The notes under the pieces: generated by a model
What the model saw: only the letters and a program-made list of their open reading frames with translations
The model's database searches: none
What the model was told of the DNA's origin: nothing
Program-made: the position numbers and the translations under genes
Assembly: GCA_018509705.1 (NCBI GenBank)
Contig: GCA_018509705.1_3630.1
Strand: one strand, 5' to 3'
DNA: 64,000 bases
Source of the DNA: a phage
Shown here: positions 30,379-38,690 of the stretch, one piece after another
Layout: every line of letters begins with the position of its first letter
Position numbering within the stretch: position 1 is the stretch's first letter

Positions 30379-31467
30379 TTAGATAAAACGCTTGAACATA
30401 GAAGGTGATGAGATTGATGGAATCACACAAGGAAGTGCTACCTCCTCTTTCTCCAGGAAATTAATCGCAGAAGCTACGCAGTCGGCCCAGTCGTCTTTTC
30501 TGTTAAATGTTGATCTTTCCCCGTTGAATTTTTCAAGTTCAGTCAGAAATGCTTCCAGAGTATCAGGATGGAAACTGGATTTTACAATCCTCACCATTCC
30601 TTGTTGGGCAAGATTGGCAAAAGGTGAGAACCTTGTCAGTTTAGACTTGTTGGAAGGCATTGGGTCTTCTTCAACCCTGAACCCTTCGGCAAGCAAGGAT
30701 CTGGAGGAGGTTAAGAACTCACTCTTACCTGCCTGCCCTGGGTCCACAGAGAAGACGATTATGCAATCATCACCATCGAACTGCGCCTGTTTCCTGATGA
30801 TCACATCTCGTTCACCAGCCTTTTTACAGAACTTGCCTTCCAGACCTGTGGAATACCTCCCGTCATCCACGTTCTCAGGACAATAATCACCGGACAGGTA
30901 ATAAAAGCCGTCGCTATCTTTACTTACCTTAATACTGGCAGTAAAGTCAGGAAATTTATTACCGGAAGTTCTCTCGGTTCCTGCCTTATCCCATGCCCTG
31001 CAAGATACTGACCCAAGAGGTACTCTATCGGCATCACGAAGGAAAGATCTTTGAAAATAGTTTGCACCCTCAGGCTTTGCAAACCAGTTACCATGGAGAA
31101 GCTGAGCTTTTTCCAGCTCTGGTAGACCTTCGAGGAAAGCAAGGTATTCTGGGTTGTCTCTCAAACAGACAGGATTATCGAATATTGTTGCGCCTATGAA
31201 CGAGAATGACAACGGTCTTGGCTTGATCTCTACGCCAAGTCCGTTAACCGTGGTGTATTTCTCTATCAACTCTTCTTTAGAGTCTCCCCAGATAAATTCA
31301 CCGTCGCGTCGGATAAAATATCTTTTCTTACCGCATTTCTCCGGATCTGGATACCCTTCATCGTCCAACCACCATCTAACCAGTTTGGCAAGCATGTGTT
31401 CTGAATCGGGGTTACAGCTGATAACCATTCTTGATGGATACTTTGACGGAGATCGCAGACGAGACAT
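30379..31467 (-). CDS. terminase large subunit, C-terminal segment (putative exon 2; true 5' boundary unknown)
   Basis: 362-aa ORF that continues the ATPase/nuclease protein begun in 32381-32809; the track start is probably not the real exon boundary. Confidence 0.55.
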   Translation of the reverse strand: MSRLRSPSKYPSRMVISCNPDSEHMLAKLVRWWLDDEGYPDPEKCGKKRYFIRRDGEFIWGDSKEELIEKYTTVNGLGVEIKPRPLSFSFIGATIFDNPVCLRDNPEYLAFLEGLPELEKAQLLHGNWFAKPEGANYFQRSFLRDADRVPLGSVSCRAWDKAGTERTSGNKFPDFTASIKVSKDSDGFYYLSGDYCPENVDDGRYSTGLEGKFCKKAGERDVIIRKQAQFDGDDCIIVFSVDPGQAGKSEFLTSSRSLLAEGFRVEEDPMPSNKSKLTRFSPFANLAQQGMVRIVKSSFHPDTLEAFLTELEKFNGERSTFNRKDDWADCVASAINFLEKEEVALPCVIPSISSPSMFKRFI

Positions 31468-32380
31468 CAGATAGTCTATCTGCTCCCATTCGAACTGTGT
31501 CGTTTATGTTCGGGCAAGGTCGCTAGTCTTGCCCCGCCATTTTCAGGCAGCTGCATGTCTCCATGCAGACCAGACTATATCTTATGAATGTGCAAATACT
31601 CTGCCGCTCTAAGAATAGTTTCCTCATCCTCTTGGAAGAAACCTAAAGCTCTGTTGCATTTATCACAAAGCAACCCTCTTACAGCACCAGTTTTATGGTC
31701 ATGATCAACACAAAAGAAATCTCTGTACCCTTGCGTCCTATACTCATCAAGAGATATTCTACAAATGGCACACTTATGATCTTGATCTGAGAGTAGACGA
31801 TAGTATTCATCTTTTGTTATGTGAAATTTCTTCTCAATCTGATAAAACTTTTCACACATCTTACACCTGTTCGTAACCAGATATACTTTACCATAGTCAC
31901 GTTTTGTGTAAAAACTATCAGCGAGCATACTTTCATGACAAGATTTGCATTCAAAAAGTTCACCTTTCTTCAGCAAGTCTTGAATAAATAATGCTGCGTC
32001 ATCTCTCTTAACCATATTTTTGTTTCTACGAGATCCACCCTTCCTGTAGTACATATAGCATTCCTTGCATGTACCTGAGTATCCATCCTTGCTCTTAGAT
32101 GATAAAAAGAAATCATCAATAGGTAGAACTCTTTGGCAATCCATACATTTTTTAGTATTACACATTCACCCTCCCGTTTCGAATCGCTTGATTCTACGTC
32201 TTTCGACTAGTCGTTGAACGTTCATCCTCTCGGATGCTTCGCTGCGGATTATCTAAATTAACACACTGTTACCATACCTTCGATCTCTCTTCGAAGCCTC
32301 TATCATGTTACCATGACAGGTTGGTGGTGTCAATAATAAAGATTTCCCCGCAATTAGGGAGGTTTTACGAGAGCTACAAA
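31468..32380 (-). mobile_element. intervening sequence in the terminase large subunit gene (putative self-splicing intron) carrying an HNH endonuclease ORF
   Basis: Lies between the in-frame stop of the ATPase segment and the C-terminal segment; contains the 31575-32165 ORF; flanks are GC-richer and stem-forming; intron class not determined. Confidence 0.45.
31575..32165 (-). CDS. HNH / endonuclease VII-like homing endonuclease
   Basis: Cys-rich N-terminus and FFCVDHDHKTGAVRGLLCDKCN motif, as in T4 gp49-type HNH nucleases. Confidence 0.65.
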   Translation of the reverse strand: MCNTKKCMDCQRVLPIDDFFLSSKSKDGYSGTCKECYMYYRKGGSRRNKNMVKRDDAALFIQDLLKKGELFECKSCHESMLADSFYTKRDYGKVYLVTNRCKMCEKFYQIEKKFHITKDEYYRLLSDQDHKCAICRISLDEYRTQGYRDFFCVDHDHKTGAVRGLLCDKCNRALGFFQEDEETILRAAEYLHIHKI

Positions 32381-32809
32381 TTAACCCTCATCGAAGCAAA
32401 CCATGGTGTACTCAAGCCCTTGATGGTTAAGCTTATCTTGTACATACTCCATGTGACAGTATTTTACAACAGCTCCCTTTTTGCTTCTATCCCACTTGCC
32501 AGTGTTCGGATCAAACCGTGGAAAAATGAACTTATGATCCTTCTCTCTGAACTTTGGCTTAATGTTTTCAGGCAGATCACTGTAAATAGCTACTGCTTTA
32601 GGCCATAGTCCACCCTCACCTTCCAACTGTGGGGTTGTTCTTCGGAACATAACCACAGAGCTGTGGGGGTCATCAATAATTTTAAGTGGCATCAACTGCA
32701 AGAGGAACGACTTGCCAGACCCTGCGGCACCGCCGATTACCAAAATATCTGCATCGTTTTCTAGGATCATCTTCTGCTTTTCAGAACACGGTCCGTAAAT
32801 CTTAGACAT
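32381..32809 (-). CDS. terminase large subunit, N-terminal ATPase segment (putative exon 1)
   Basis: Walker A ILVIGGAAGSGKSFLL and Walker B-like MVCFDEG immediately before the stop. Confidence 0.7.
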   Translation of the reverse strand: MSKIYGPCSEKQKMILENDADILVIGGAAGSGKSFLLQLMPLKIIDDPHSSVVMFRRTTPQLEGEGGLWPKAVAIYSDLPENIKPKFREKDHKFIFPRFDPNTGKWDRSKKGAVVKYCHMEYVQDKLNHQGLEYTMVCFDEG

Positions 32810-33096
32810 TAACCTCTCTCCTTTGGAAACAGTGTTCTAATATAGTCTTGCAAAATGATCAATTTAGCTCTATCATTGCTACAAGACAGATTATTATCCC
32901 TCATAATGCCAGAATTCACTGCATCTGGCGCACCTTTCTTCAAAGGCATAGCTTTAGCAGGTGGTTTCATGGCACCTTCCGGGGGTTTAACAATCAACCT
33001 TCCTACATCCGGAGGGTCAATCTTGTATTCTCTCTCAACGCTGGTTGCACACCCACATAATAACAAGCACACAATAAACAGTGTAGCAACTCTCAT
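32809..33096 (-). CDS. o-spanin-like outer-membrane lipoprotein (Rz1-like)
   Basis: Signal peptide with Cys-containing lipobox-like LLLCGCATS, Pro-rich body (KPPEGAMKPPAKAMP); 4-nt overlap with the upstream i-spanin-like gene. Confidence 0.5.
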   Translation of the reverse strand: MRVATLFIVCLLLCGCATSVEREYKIDPPDVGRLIVKPPEGAMKPPAKAMPLKKGAPDAVNSGIMRDNNLSCSNDRAKLIILQDYIRTLFPKERG

Positions 33097-33491
33097 CTAC
33101 CCTCCTGATTAATACTCTCATTATAAATATCTATAAGCTGATCAGGGAGTGTTGACTTCTTACCCTCAGGTGACTGGAGGTAAATAATCTGCTTTTCTTT
33201 ACCTGCCTTCTCAGCCATATTTAATTTATCCTGTAGATCAGAAAGGGATTTTTCAAGGTTTTTAACCTCCTCTGCGTGGCCCATTTTAATTTTGTCGGCC
33301 TGCTTTTGTTGCTGATCAAGGATCCGTTCCCACTTTAACTCTGTTGCTGACACACCTTCTTGGTAGGCATCATTAAGCTTAGAGTTAAACCAATACACGG
33401 CCCCAAGATAAGCTGTACCTATCGCAGCTGCAAAAACTAAACCTTTTATGATCCCTCTATACCTGCTCAGCCATGTTAAAACTGAAATCAT
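33093..33491 (-). CDS. i-spanin-like inner-membrane protein (Rz-like)
   Basis: N-terminal transmembrane helix (GLVFAAAIGTAYLGAVYWF) followed by coiled-coil periplasmic region. Confidence 0.5.
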   Translation of the reverse strand: MISVLTWLSRYRGIIKGLVFAAAIGTAYLGAVYWFNSKLNDAYQEGVSATELKWERILDQQQKQADKIKMGHAEEVKNLEKSLSDLQDKLNMAEKAGKEKQIIYLQSPEGKKSTLPDQLIDIYNESINQEGR

Positions 33492-33504
33492 TTTAAGGCT
33501 CCAG

Positions 33505-33545
33505 AAACGAAAAAACCCCGCAGCTATACAGCTAACGGGGCGGGT
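33505..33545 (-). terminator. hairpin plus T-run terminator
   Basis: ccccg...cgggg hairpin followed by TTTTTTCG on the minus strand. Confidence 0.4.
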
Positions 33546-33596
33546 TAAAATTGAGTAACCTAAATAGATCGAAACTAACTAAAAGGAGACTAATAC

Positions 33597-33866
33597 TTAT
33601 CGAGGCACTCGGTGGATGATTCTAACAGTAACTGCATTTTCATTCATCAAGTATGCATCTACATCTCTGTAAATATAAAACTTCTGCTCACTATCAACAA
33701 CACAAGCTACCGCCCCTTCAGAGTTGTCTTCAAAAAAGACCACCACTGCATCGCAGCTGAGTTCATGATATGACTCTCGAAGATTTACAGCCAGAGGATT
33801 GAAATCGTCACGAAAATCTACGGTATGGGTTGGATTTACACGCTCTACAATTTTAAGTGTATACAT
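33597..33866 (-). CDS. hypothetical protein
   Basis: Track ORF trimmed to the first ATG (MYTLKIVERV...) so that it no longer overlaps tRNA-Pro. Confidence 0.3.
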   Translation of the reverse strand: MYTLKIVERVNPTHTVDFRDDFNPLAVNLRESYHELSCDAVVVFFEDNSEGAVACVVDSEQKFYIYRDVDAYLMNENAVTVRIIHRVPR

Positions 33867-33912
33867 TTTAAAGGTTCCTTTTGTTTGTATATGTTTAAAG
33901 TATAACTGAAAG

Positions 33913-33989
33913 TGGTCTCCACGGAGTGATTCGAACACTCGACCTCCTGATCCCAAATCAGGCGCTCTACCAAGCTGAGCTACGCGGAG
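33913..33989 (-). tRNA. tRNA-Pro (anticodon UGG)
   Basis: Hand-folded cloverleaf: acceptor CTCCGCG, D-loop TAGCTCAG, anticodon loop TTTGGGA, T-loop GGTTCGAATC, encoded CCA. Confidence 0.8.
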
Positions 33990-34000
33990 TATTTATTATT

Positions 34001-34075
34001 TGGTGGCCCTGGGTGGAATTGAACCACCGTCTGGCGATTATGAGTCGCTTGCTTGAACCTTCCAGCTACAGGGCC
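34001..34075 (-). tRNA. tRNA with CAU anticodon (Met, or Ile2 lysidine-type)
   Basis: Acceptor GGCCCTG/CAGGGCC, anticodon arm GCGA-CTCATAA-TCGC, T-loop TTCAATT, encoded CCA. Confidence 0.75.
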
Positions 34076-34076
34076 A

Positions 34077-34152
34077 TGGTGCTGATGGCAGGACTTGAAC
34101 CTGCAACCTATTGATTACAAATCAATTGCACTACCAATTGTGCTACATCAGC
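34077..34152 (-). tRNA. tRNA-Thr (anticodon UGU)
   Basis: Acceptor GCTGATG/CATCAGC, D-stem GCAC/GTGC, anticodon arm ATTGA-TTTGTAA-TCAAT, T-arm GCAGG-TTCAAGT-CCTGC, CCA. Confidence 0.8.
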
Positions 34153-34157
34153 AAAAA

Positions 34158-34256
34158 GGTGCTAGGTGATGGAATCGAACCACCTATGTATTCAACGACT
34201 ACCTCGTCTATTTTCAGGATTAAAAATCCTCGCCCTTGCCAAAGGGCTTACCTAGC
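34158..34256 (-). tRNA. atypical tRNA-like gene (about 99 nt; isotype unresolved)
   Basis: Good acceptor (GCTAGGT/ACCTAGC) and T-arm (GGTGG-TTCGATT-CCATC), but about 24 extra nt between D and T arms; anticodon arm ambiguous (AGGAT-TTTTA-ATCCT or 4-bp stem with UUU). Confidence 0.3.
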
Positions 34257-34354
34257 TCAGTATGTTGACCATGTTGCTAGTCGGCGATGACGACTGTAAC
34301 ATTTGATAATCCGGTTCTGCTTCCGGCTTTCGCTTAATTACAAGGTCAACAATA

Positions 34355-34445
34355 TGGCTGAGGGTAATGGAATCGAACCATCATCAAGTCATCCTCAACG
34401 GGACGGTTTTCAAGACCGCTTGAGCACCATTGCTCCCTACCCTCA
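34355..34445 (-). tRNA. tRNA-Ser (anticodon UGA), long variable arm
   Basis: Acceptor TGAGGGT/ACCCTCA, anticodon arm GCGGT-CTTGAAA-ACCGT, long variable arm, T-loop TTCGATT, CCA. Confidence 0.7.
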
Positions 34446-34559
34446 TTTATAAACAATACTGATAATGACACTGATTTTCGAGCAGTTAGTGACTAGTATA
34501 AACGACGATAAATATCAATGCCATTATCTGTATGATTTATGCATTTAAAACTATAAATT

Positions 34560-34646
34560 TGGTGGGGAGTGGTGGAGTCGAACCACCCGAGTCGCAATGA
34601 CAATAGATTTACAGTCTACACCGCTACCCCTACGGGATAACTCCCC
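34560..34646 (-). tRNA. tRNA-Tyr (anticodon GUA), long variable arm
   Basis: Acceptor GGGGAGT/ACTCCCC, anticodon arm GTAGA-CTGTAAA-TCTAT, T-arm GGTGG-TTCGACT-CCACC, CCA. Confidence 0.7.
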
Positions 34647-34650
34647 AATT

Positions 34651-34725
34651 TGGCACCCCGTACTGGACTCGAACCAGTGTCAACGGCTTAGAAGGCCGCT
34701 GCTTTATCCACTAAGCTAACAGGGC
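34651..34725 (-). tRNA. tRNA-Arg (anticodon UCU)
   Basis: Acceptor GCCCTGT (two G-U pairs), D-stem GCTT/AAGC, anticodon arm GCGGC-CTTCTAA-GCCGT, T-arm ACTGG-TTCGAGT-CCAGT, CCA. Confidence 0.75.
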
Positions 34726-34821
34726 ACTGGGTGGCTTTCTTTTACACCTTAGCCGCCAGAAAAGGTGGGAGACCATGTTTACAATATTACACTGTTAAGC
34801 AAAGTTTGTCAAGAAAATATT

Positions 34822-35160
34822 TTAGCTATTGCTAACAGGTTGTATTTCTGTGGTAAATGGCATAAAAGGTGCTGGTTTTTCAGCCTCTTCTACTACCACC
34901 TCTTCCTCTTCACCAAACATCTCATCATATTCTTCCTGCATTCGGTCTGCCTTATCAAGAACATACTCTGCAATGCTTTGACGAATATTTTGTTTGGTTT
35001 TCGGGTCCAACATCAGCTCTCTTAAAACTTTGTGAGCTTCTGGAACCATCGCTATAAAAGATTCCTTCATATCAAGGATGTTCTTCTCTAGCTGAATGGC
35101 GTTGGACTCCTCTTTCAGAGGTCTGCCTCTACGGCGACGCTTTTTAGTTGTATCCGCCAT
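34822..35160 (-). CDS. hypothetical protein with basic N-terminus (KKRRRRGRP) and acidic C-terminus
   Basis: Track ORF trimmed to the ATG preceded by GGAGGA. Confidence 0.35.
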   Translation of the reverse strand: MADTTKKRRRRGRPLKEESNAIQLEKNILDMKESFIAMVPEAHKVLRELMLDPKTKQNIRQSIAEYVLDKADRMQEEYDEMFGEEEEVVVEEAEKPAPFMPFTTEIQPVSNS

Positions 35161-35504
35161 GTTTCCTCCATTATCACGTGATAGGTGGATTTTATCATAG
35201 CAAATACTGATTGTCAAGTTCGCCGCAGGGTGGTATTCCCTGCGACTTGTCCAGCGTCCTGGACCAGCAAGACCCAACAAGTGGGTTACCAGAGCCCATT
35301 ACCGCACTTTGGCTCGACCTTATTACAGGTTGGCTGGGGTCACATCGTCATGTGCTGGCTGCCCCTACCATTTTAAGTGTGGTGCACTATCAAGCCCTCT
35401 AAGGGGAACTCAGCCTTCTCCGAACCCTGTTTCAAAGCATCCGGAGATAAAGCCATCAAATTCATCTTTAAATTGGATATTCATCATGATACACGAAAAC
35501 AACC

Positions 35505-35747
35505 TCATTGTAAAGCACAAATAAATAAAACATACTTAATTTGTTTGTTATCAGGCTCAGGGTAGAAGTAGAAGATCTTGCTATCACCGATCTGAACACC
35601 ACCATCCCAACAGCATAGCCCATAACCCGTATTCATACAAGCTAAGTCGTTGGCAAAATCTATTGCATCATCCAGTGCACGAAATTCACCTTCATCTTCT
35701 AAATAATCCTCATTCATGGAACGAAAAACGAGCTTAACCTTAAACAT
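35505..35747 (-). CDS. hypothetical protein
   Basis: ORF track. Confidence 0.3.
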   Translation of the reverse strand: MFKVKLVFRSMNEDYLEDEGEFRALDDAIDFANDLACMNTGYGLCCWDGGVQIGDSKIFYFYPEPDNKQIKYVLFICALQ

Positions 35748-35823
35748 AGCATTACCTGTAGACCTCGTAAGTTAAAATTGCATCACATCATATTGCAGAT
35801 CTTATCAGGTAACACTATTTTTG

Positions 35824-36033
35824 TCAACAGATTCCGGCCTTATCCTTCCTGTCTGCGTATTCTTTAATCGCAACCTCATCTGCATTAGTGACCAGGTCTT
35901 CAAAGTAACTCTCAAGCTCCTCGTCAATGTCAGGAGACCAGCTCTTTTTCCTGTCAGTGTGAATTGCAGACTTGTTGAACTTATTACAGTTCTTTGCTAC
36001 CGGGTTGTTCATTAAGCGCTCCTCAGCGTTCAT
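35824..36033 (-). CDS. hypothetical protein
   Basis: ORF track; overlaps the upstream gene end. Confidence 0.25.
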   Translation of the reverse strand: MNAEERLMNNPVAKNCNKFNKSAIHTDRKKSWSPDIDEELESYFEDLVTNADEVAIKEYADRKDKAGIC

Positions 36034-36601
36034 AGTAAATCTTATTTAACATTACCTCATCCTTTGCAGAAAGGATATCAAGATATGCATCACCAAATCT
36101 TCCTGCAACAACCTCTGCATGATACATCACTTCGTTAACATCGTCAAGAGTGATAACCGGATGACCATATCTTTCTGAATATTGTCTCAGGGTGCGATGT
36201 AACGAGTCGTCATCATATGCAGACTTTTTAATATCACAAACACGACGAATAGCCTTGATGTCGAAAAAACCTGTGCGATACCACCCAAGAAAAAGGTTTC
36301 GTGCAGTGTCAACATCTACATTGATACCATCAAGAACCTTATCTACAAGATAGCTGTCATCCTTTGGACCAGCGTCCTTAGTGCGAATGTAGTTGCCATC
36401 TTTTCCAGGCGACATCTCCTTCTCATCCCCAACCTGAATGCCATCATTTGGCGGTGTTAGCCACTTATCCGGATGCTTACGATCACGAGCGTTAGAATGA
36501 TTACGCTGGAAACCGGGCTTCCACTTGAAAGTTTTCTCCATCTGTTCTTCATTCTGATAACGTTTTGCAATCTTTTCACGGTCATCTTTGCGTGAACCCA
36601 T
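36023..36601 (-). CDS. hypothetical protein
   Basis: ORF track; GGAGG-like site upstream. Confidence 0.35.
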   Translation of the reverse strand: MGSRKDDREKIAKRYQNEEQMEKTFKWKPGFQRNHSNARDRKHPDKWLTPPNDGIQVGDEKEMSPGKDGNYIRTKDAGPKDDSYLVDKVLDGINVDVDTARNLFLGWYRTGFFDIKAIRRVCDIKKSAYDDDSLHRTLRQYSERYGHPVITLDDVNEVMYHAEVVAGRFGDAYLDILSAKDEVMLNKIYYER

Positions 36602-37104
36602 AGCTGCCTCCTCTTCAAGTTATAGAAAAACTAACTGTATCGCTTTGTAACGAGCTTTTCTATCAAACTGGTGCGATTGCATTACCTGGTATAGTTTATA
36701 TAGCTGTGGAGCGATTTAGGTGCCTTCTTGTCCGTTTCCACACATAAACTTCATCCAAGCTCGCGCGGGAGACTCTCAACCGACTCCTTCCGGCGCTGGC
36801 AAGCTTTCGTCGGTGGTCCACATCAGTGCTCGGCCTTTGGCCTGCGCTATCGCTTCGCTCTCACACATGTTAACAGACCTGCATGTATGCACTTCTGTTA
36901 TTGTGTGCACCAGGGAGGCCCGGCATCTCGCCCCTCGTAGGCGAGTGCCAATGAAGGGCCGACACTACCCATAGTAAGTAATAAATTTAAAACATGGTAC
37001 TTAGGATCTAATATATTCTACATAAGTTAAGTATATGTACTTAGTACCATAAGTACTAGATCTTTTGTTTTTTATTATTTAGTTATTTTAGTTATATTCT
37101 TTAT

Positions 37105-37148
37105 GTGTCCGTATCACGGACAGTTAGTGTCCGTATTACGGACAGTTA
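37105..37148. repeat. two tandem 22-bp palindromic units (candidate operator or iteron sites)
   Basis: gtgtccgtatcacggacagtta then gtgtccgtattacggacagtta; each contains the 7-bp inverted repeat TGTCCGT/ACGGACA; AT-rich agttatttt repeats just upstream. Confidence 0.5.
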
Positions 37149-37219
37149 CTAACCTCTGTTCCAGAGCGAACATAAAACATACGAATCCTTATAGTACAGA
37201 TATTTAAGTTTTTACTGGT

Positions 37220-37570
37220 CTAACCAGTTGTTGACATTCGAATAACTTCTTCTGGTGGCAAAACTTTGGAAAATGTGCATCTTTTACCTCTCCCTTGTGT
37301 GGATATTTCAACCACTCCCGCACATTCTAAAGTTTTAACGCACGCTGCTGCTTTTGTTTTCTTTATTCCAACATCTGCTGCAATTTTCCTTGTGCTGGGT
37401 GTGAAGCGTGAACTTCCTCCAAGCTTATACCAGTTGTGCAGGTAGCAGTATACGATCTTGTCATACAAGTCAAGAACAACAACCTCCCCAGTTGTGTCAT
37501 TCAAAACTTTTGACATAGATAGTATTTCAAGGGGGACTTTAAGATATAGCAGCTTATCCCCATCTTTCAT
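37220..37570 (-). CDS. hypothetical protein with helix-turn-helix-like segment
   Basis: STRKIAADVGIKKTKAAACVKTLECAGVVEIS resembles a winged-helix/HTH DNA-binding segment; weak. Confidence 0.3.
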   Translation of the reverse strand: MKDGDKLLYLKVPLEILSMSKVLNDTTGEVVVLDLYDKIVYCYLHNWYKLGGSSRFTPSTRKIAADVGIKKTKAAACVKTLECAGVVEISTQGRGKRCTFSKVLPPEEVIRMSTTG

Positions 37571-37617
37571 ATCTCCTGATTCTCCTTGTGTGGCAATTTT
37601 CTTTAAAATAGCAGGGA

Positions 37618-38172
37618 TTACTCCCCGCTGTCAATAGCAAAACTCATTGCAATACGGTATGCCTCTTCTAATGGTAAGAGTCTCCCCCACACATCCCAAC
37701 CGACATCAAACTGTCTGCCAAACAACTGTTGTGTGGTTCCGTGAGCATGACCGAACAGTTGGACTGATCCGTGAGGCTTTCTGTTCCACTTTGCAAACTG
37801 GTAATGGCTCATACAGATCAAATTCTTGTTGTGGCGAAGCTCGTAATAATCTACAACCTCATGACCGAACTCTTTCATAATTCTGACAGTCGTCCTTGTG
37901 TCATGGTTACCACGAACAAGAATAATATGTCCGTTCAACATATTTAGAACATCTGGGAGCAATTTGTTGATATTCTTATCATTAGTGCACGCAATATCTC
38001 CCAAGTGAAACACAGTGTCTGCAGGTGACACAACAGAGTTCCACTTGGTGATGATTCCCGCATTCATACTGTCAAGATTGTGATCATACTGAGATCTGTG
38101 TTTTTGACATGAGTCGAACTCCATGACCCGCTGGTGGAGAAAGTGTGTGTCGCTTGTTACAAAGTATTTCAT
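37618..38172 (-). CDS. calcineurin-like metallophosphoesterase (possible polynucleotide 3'-phosphatase)
   Basis: Motifs VTSDTHF, GDIACTNDKN and LVRGNHD; track ORF trimmed to the ATG just downstream of the kinase stop. Confidence 0.55.
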   Translation of the reverse strand: MKYFVTSDTHFLHQRVMEFDSCQKHRSQYDHNLDSMNAGIITKWNSVVSPADTVFHLGDIACTNDKNINKLLPDVLNMLNGHIILVRGNHDTRTTVRIMKEFGHEVVDYYELRHNKNLICMSHYQFAKWNRKPHGSVQLFGHAHGTTQQLFGRQFDVGWDVWGRLLPLEEAYRIAMSFAIDSGE

Positions 38173-38179
38173 ACATTCC

Positions 38180-38590
38180 TCATTTAAGTTTAATGCAGTT
38201 TTTAAGCTGGCGTTCCATACGATCCACAACCCTGTCTGGAACATCATGAATGCTTTTATTACCATGGCGGTTTTCAACCACGATCACGGTATAACTATAC
38301 CCATGACTGATCGCCATGTCAATATATTCTTGCACATATTTTTCTTTTGTAAACGTATTACTTACCACGATACGGTCGTATCCCATACGCATCATATCTT
38401 CTACGTTATCTTTGCACCATTTTGCTGCAAGTGTTACTTTACTTGCATCCCAGTTGTAATTTCCATCATCGTCGTACCAGAACATGTCGTTCTCAAAATG
38501 TGGATACAGACCTTCTAAAGATAGCGCATTTGCCAGTGTTGATTTGCCAGACCCTGGTAGACCACGCACGATATATAGCATTTTAGACAT
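38180..38590 (-). CDS. P-loop kinase (polynucleotide kinase-like)
   Basis: Walker A MLYIVRGLPGSGKSTLA close to the N-terminus; start placed at the ATG preceded by GGAGGA. Confidence 0.5.
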   Translation of the reverse strand: MSKMLYIVRGLPGSGKSTLANALSLEGLYPHFENDMFWYDDDGNYNWDASKVTLAAKWCKDNVEDMMRMGYDRIVVSNTFTKEKYVQEYIDMAISHGYSYTVIVVENRHGNKSIHDVPDRVVDRMERQLKNCIKLK

Positions 38591-38650
38591 AGTAATCCTC
38601 CGTTTTAATTTCAACGATAGTATACCCAACTGTTTTGTTAATTTCAAGTG

Positions 38651-38680
38651 TTGACACTAGGTTATTTGTGTGGCAGGATA
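38651..38680 (+). promoter_or_regulatory. candidate sigma70-like promoter for the plus-strand early gene block
   Basis: TTGACA at 38651-38656; downstream -10 is weak (caggat/gataga), so the call is tentative. Confidence 0.3.
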
Positions 38681-38690
38681 GACTGACAAA

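Noticed and set aside
33926-34114. 62-aa plus-strand ORF across the tRNA cluster
   Set aside because: Lies entirely over tRNA-Pro, tRNA-Met and tRNA-Thr on the opposite strand; an artefact of tRNA sequence.
36720-36974. Plus-strand ORFs 36720-36974 and 36728-36940 (and the similar set 35185-35565)
   Set aside because: They overlap in multiple frames inside GC-rich islands, have Arg/Pro/Ala/Cys-rich translations unlike the rest of the genome and no RBS; treated as artefacts of structured non-coding DNA.
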